Assembly (NCBI RefSeq): GCF_963921235.1
Contig: NC_086097.1
Span: forward strand, 252,962,001-253,026,000
Direction: 5' to 3'
DNA from: Mobula hypostoma
Taxonomy: Eukaryota
DNA length: 64,000 bases
Under the pieces are notes generated by a model. That model searched no databases and was not told the DNA's origin. It saw nothing but the letters and a program-made list of their open reading frames with translations. Both the position numbers and the translations under genes were made by a program. Each line of letters opens with the position of its first letter. Position 1 is the first letter of the stretch. Shown here in pieces: positions 61,260 to 64,000 of the stretch.

Positions 61260-61482
61260 TAATGTAAATATCTAATCAGCCAATTGGAATAGCCAGACTG
61301 GTTCAAGCTGACAGGAAGGTGACCGTAGCTCAAATAACAGTGATGTGCAGAAGAGCATCTCTGAACACACAACGTGTCGAACCTTGAAATGGATGGGCTA
61401 CAGCAGCAGAAACCATGAAAATACACTCAGTGGCCACTTTATTAGGTACAAGAGGTACTGAAGAAATTGGCCACTGAGCATA
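61260..61482 (+). mobile_element. Tc1-like transposase remnant plus a 57-bp inverted-repeat mini element (61424-61480)
   Basis: ARLVQADRKVTVAQIT...QKSISEHTTCRTLKWMGYSSR. Arms CTCAGTGGCCA...TGGCCACTGAG are flanked by TA. Confidence 0.7.
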
Positions 61483-61489
61483 TATGATG

Positions 61490-62110
61490 CTGAGAATGTG
61501 AACTGTAGAGACCTTGATAATGAGTCTGTAGGTTGTGGAATCATTTCAGTGTTGAGGTAAGTGAAGTTACCCACACTGGTTCAGGAGCCTGATGGTTGTA
61601 GGATAATAACTGTTCCTGAACCTGGTGGTGTGGGACCTAAGGTTCCAGTACCTCCATCCTGATGGCAACAGAGAGAAGAGAGCATGGCCTTGATGGTGGG
61701 GATCCTTAGCCATGGATGCTGCTTTCCTGTGACAATGTTCTTGGTAATGTGTGTAATGCTGGGGAGGACTTTGCCTGTGATGGACTGGGCTGTGCCCTCC
61801 ACTTTCTCTCGTGCCTTGTCCATACTGGACCAACCGCTGCCACTAGTCTATAAACGTACAGGAGTAATGTATGGTTAAGTGCCTTGCCCAAGGACGTAAC
61901 ACGCTACCTTGGCTGAGGCTCGAACCCGCGACCTTCAGATCACTAGTCCAACGCCTTAACCACTTGGCCACACACCACAACACGTGTCTGTAGACTCTTC
62001 CGTTCTTGGGTGCAGGTGTTTCCACACCAGGCTGCAATGCAATCAGTTAGATTACTCTCCACTGTGCACCTATAGAAGATTGTCAACGTTCTTGGTGACC
62101 ACCTGAATCT
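61490..62110 (-). mobile_element. Rex/Babar-like LINE 3' fragment interrupted by a SINE
   Basis: HCHRKAASMAKDPHHQGHALFSLLPSGWRY...TTRFRNSYYP. Confidence 0.7.
61835..61985 (-). mobile_element. tRNA-derived SINE head
   Basis: A box TGGCCAAGTGG, B box GGTTCGAGCC, then GTCCTTGGGCAAGGCACTTAACC. No acceptor stem or CCA. Confidence 0.7.
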
Positions 62111-62294
62111 ATGCATGCCAACAAGAAAAGCAGATGTGATATAGTGCCTTCTTTGTGATGGGACTGAATCTCAAATCACATCATCACAATAAACTATGTT
62201 TGAAGTTTAGTCAACTACGCCAGAGTTGTAACAGACTTGGTGCCCAAGAAGAGCATGGTAACCTGTCTAAATAACTATCGCCCAGTGGCATTTA

Positions 62295-62780
62295 TATCAC
62301 GGGTAAAGTCCTCCCAACTATTGAGCATATCTACATGAAACACTGTCATAGGAAAGCAGCATCCATCATCAGAGATGCTCATCACCCAGATCATGCTCTT
62401 TTCTCGCTGCTGCCATCAGATAGAAGGTACAAGTGCTGCAGAACTCGCACCACCAAACTTCAAGAACAGTTACTAACCCTCAACCATCAGGCTCCTGAAC
62501 AAAAAACAGGTAACTACTCTCATCTACTGAGATGTTCCCACAACCAATGATCTCACTTTAAAAACTCTTTATCTTGTTATTTCATACTCTCCTTATTTAT
62601 TGTTACTTATTTATATTTGCATTTACGCAGTTTGTTGTCTGCTATGCTCTTGGTCTTTCATTGATCCTGTTTACAGTTACTGTTCTATAGATTTGCTGAG
62701 TATGTCCACAGGAAAAAGAATCTCAAGGTTGTATGTGATGACATGTATGTACTCAATAATAAATTTTACTTTGAACTATG
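62295..62780 (+). mobile_element. Rex/Babar-like LINE 3' fragment
   Basis: HCHRKAASIIRDAHHPDHALFSLLPSDRRY and the shared 3' UTR. Confidence 0.75.
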
Positions 62781-63605
62781 GTTCCTGAAGTTGAGCATAA
62801 GATCTTGCAGCATCAAGCAAATAACCTAATGGTTTTTGGTTTGTTGACATTAATATAGGATGATCAGAAACTTTCCTGTAATTGTTAAACTTCACCATTG
62901 AATCTGTTAGATCAACTTGCGTTGGAACTTCAGTAACACAGTCGTCATCATCATTACGTGCCGTGCCACATGATGTGGGCAATCATCGACTTTGACCATG
63001 GTTCTCCTTGACAAATTTTTCGACAGAAGTGGTTTGCCATTGCCTTCTTTTGGGCAGTGTCTTTACAAGACTGGTGACCCCAGCAATTATCAATACTCTT
63101 CAGAGATTGTCTGCCTGGTGTCCGTGGTCACATAAGCAGTATTTGTGAAATGCACCAGCTGTTCATATGACCATCCACCGTCTGCTCCCATGGTTTCGCA
63201 TGACCCTGACCCGGTGGGGGGGGGGGTGTGGTTAGGGTTAAGCAAGTGCTATGCCTTGCCCAAGGGTGACCTGCAGGATAGCGAAGGGAAGGAGCATCTT
63301 ACACTCCTTTGGTAGAGATGTATCTCCACCTCAGCACCCAACAGTAATTCAGCAGACACCGTAACGGAGGGATTGATGAGATTATTCTGTTTAATTCTAC
63401 ACTTGTAAATTCAGTAAGTCAGCAGACTCCATAAATGAGACATTGACCAAATGATATTGTTTAATTCTGTTCTGGAGTTGAAACTTTCTGATCTAGAGAA
63501 ACAAGTACAAGTGACCATACAAAGTTTATGCTTAAATATTAATTGTCATTGAATTTTAACTGATATAAACACATTGGCAAGTGGTTACAGTAATTTAGCT
63601 GATTA

Positions 63606-64000
63606 TGTTAGTACCTCCAGTTGAACTTTGTCTTCTTGTGTGTTTTTCCCCCAGCCATCAGTCTGTATTGCCATGTGCTCCTGTCCCTGCTCCTGCTCTA
63701 CTCCAGCCCCTGTATTACTGAGTACTCTGTCTCTCACCTGTTTCTCATTATTACCTGTATTGCTGCTACCTGTGTCTCATTGTGCTCCACCTATCGTCTG
63801 CCTCTCTGTTTATTGTCAGTGTATTTCAGTCCTGTGTTTTCACCTGTTTGTTGCCAGATTGTGTCAGTGAATTTTCCTCAGCCTTTCCAGTATGTGTATT
63901 TGAACTCTGTCTGTCTGAATATTGACTCTGCCTGTTTCCCGATTCTGGTTTTTGGATTTCTCTGGATGTTTTGATCTCTGCCTGAACTTGTTTGCACCTT
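63606..64000 (+). mobile_element. LTR of the same family as 19681-20279, running off the window
   Basis: Starts TGTTAG-TACCTCCAGTTGAACTTTGTC and is colinear with the 19681 copy. Confidence 0.85.

Noticed and set aside
61900..61980. Possible tRNA gene on the minus strand
   Set aside because: It has A/B boxes but no acceptor stem and runs into a SINE central domain; a second decayed copy lies at 53290-53385.
19681..64000. One giant 44-kb LTR element bounded by the two related LTRs
   Set aside because: The first LTR has its own 5-bp TSD on both sides and no PBS follows it.

Overview
Eukaryotic, repeat-saturated, non-genic (intergenic or intronic) DNA. It is most likely from a cartilaginous fish such as a ray or shark; this is inferred from the mix of CR1 LINEs with an SGNH-esterase ORF1, V-domain SINEs and Penelope-like elements. 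Most of the window is nested, decayed transposons: many CR1 LINEs (one full-length at 49006-53075), Rex/Babar-type and RTE-type LINE fragments, a HERO-like RLE non-LTR element, an internally deleted Gypsy provirus with a tRNA-Trp PBS, at least four solo LTRs, Penelope-like (GIY-YIG) fragments carrying minimal hammerhead ribozymes, tRNA-derived SINEs, Tc1 remnants, two non-coding repeat families and micro/minisatellites. I could not support any host protein-coding exon, rRNA, true tRNA or CRISPR. The most unusual observation is a ~133-bp direct duplication that exactly flanks the HERO-like element and looks like an exceptionally long target-site duplication. Also notable are an intact minimal hammerhead ribozyme and a perfect double-octamer palindrome in unique DNA. 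Boundaries without a stated TSD are approximate, and family names come from motif recognition, not database searches.
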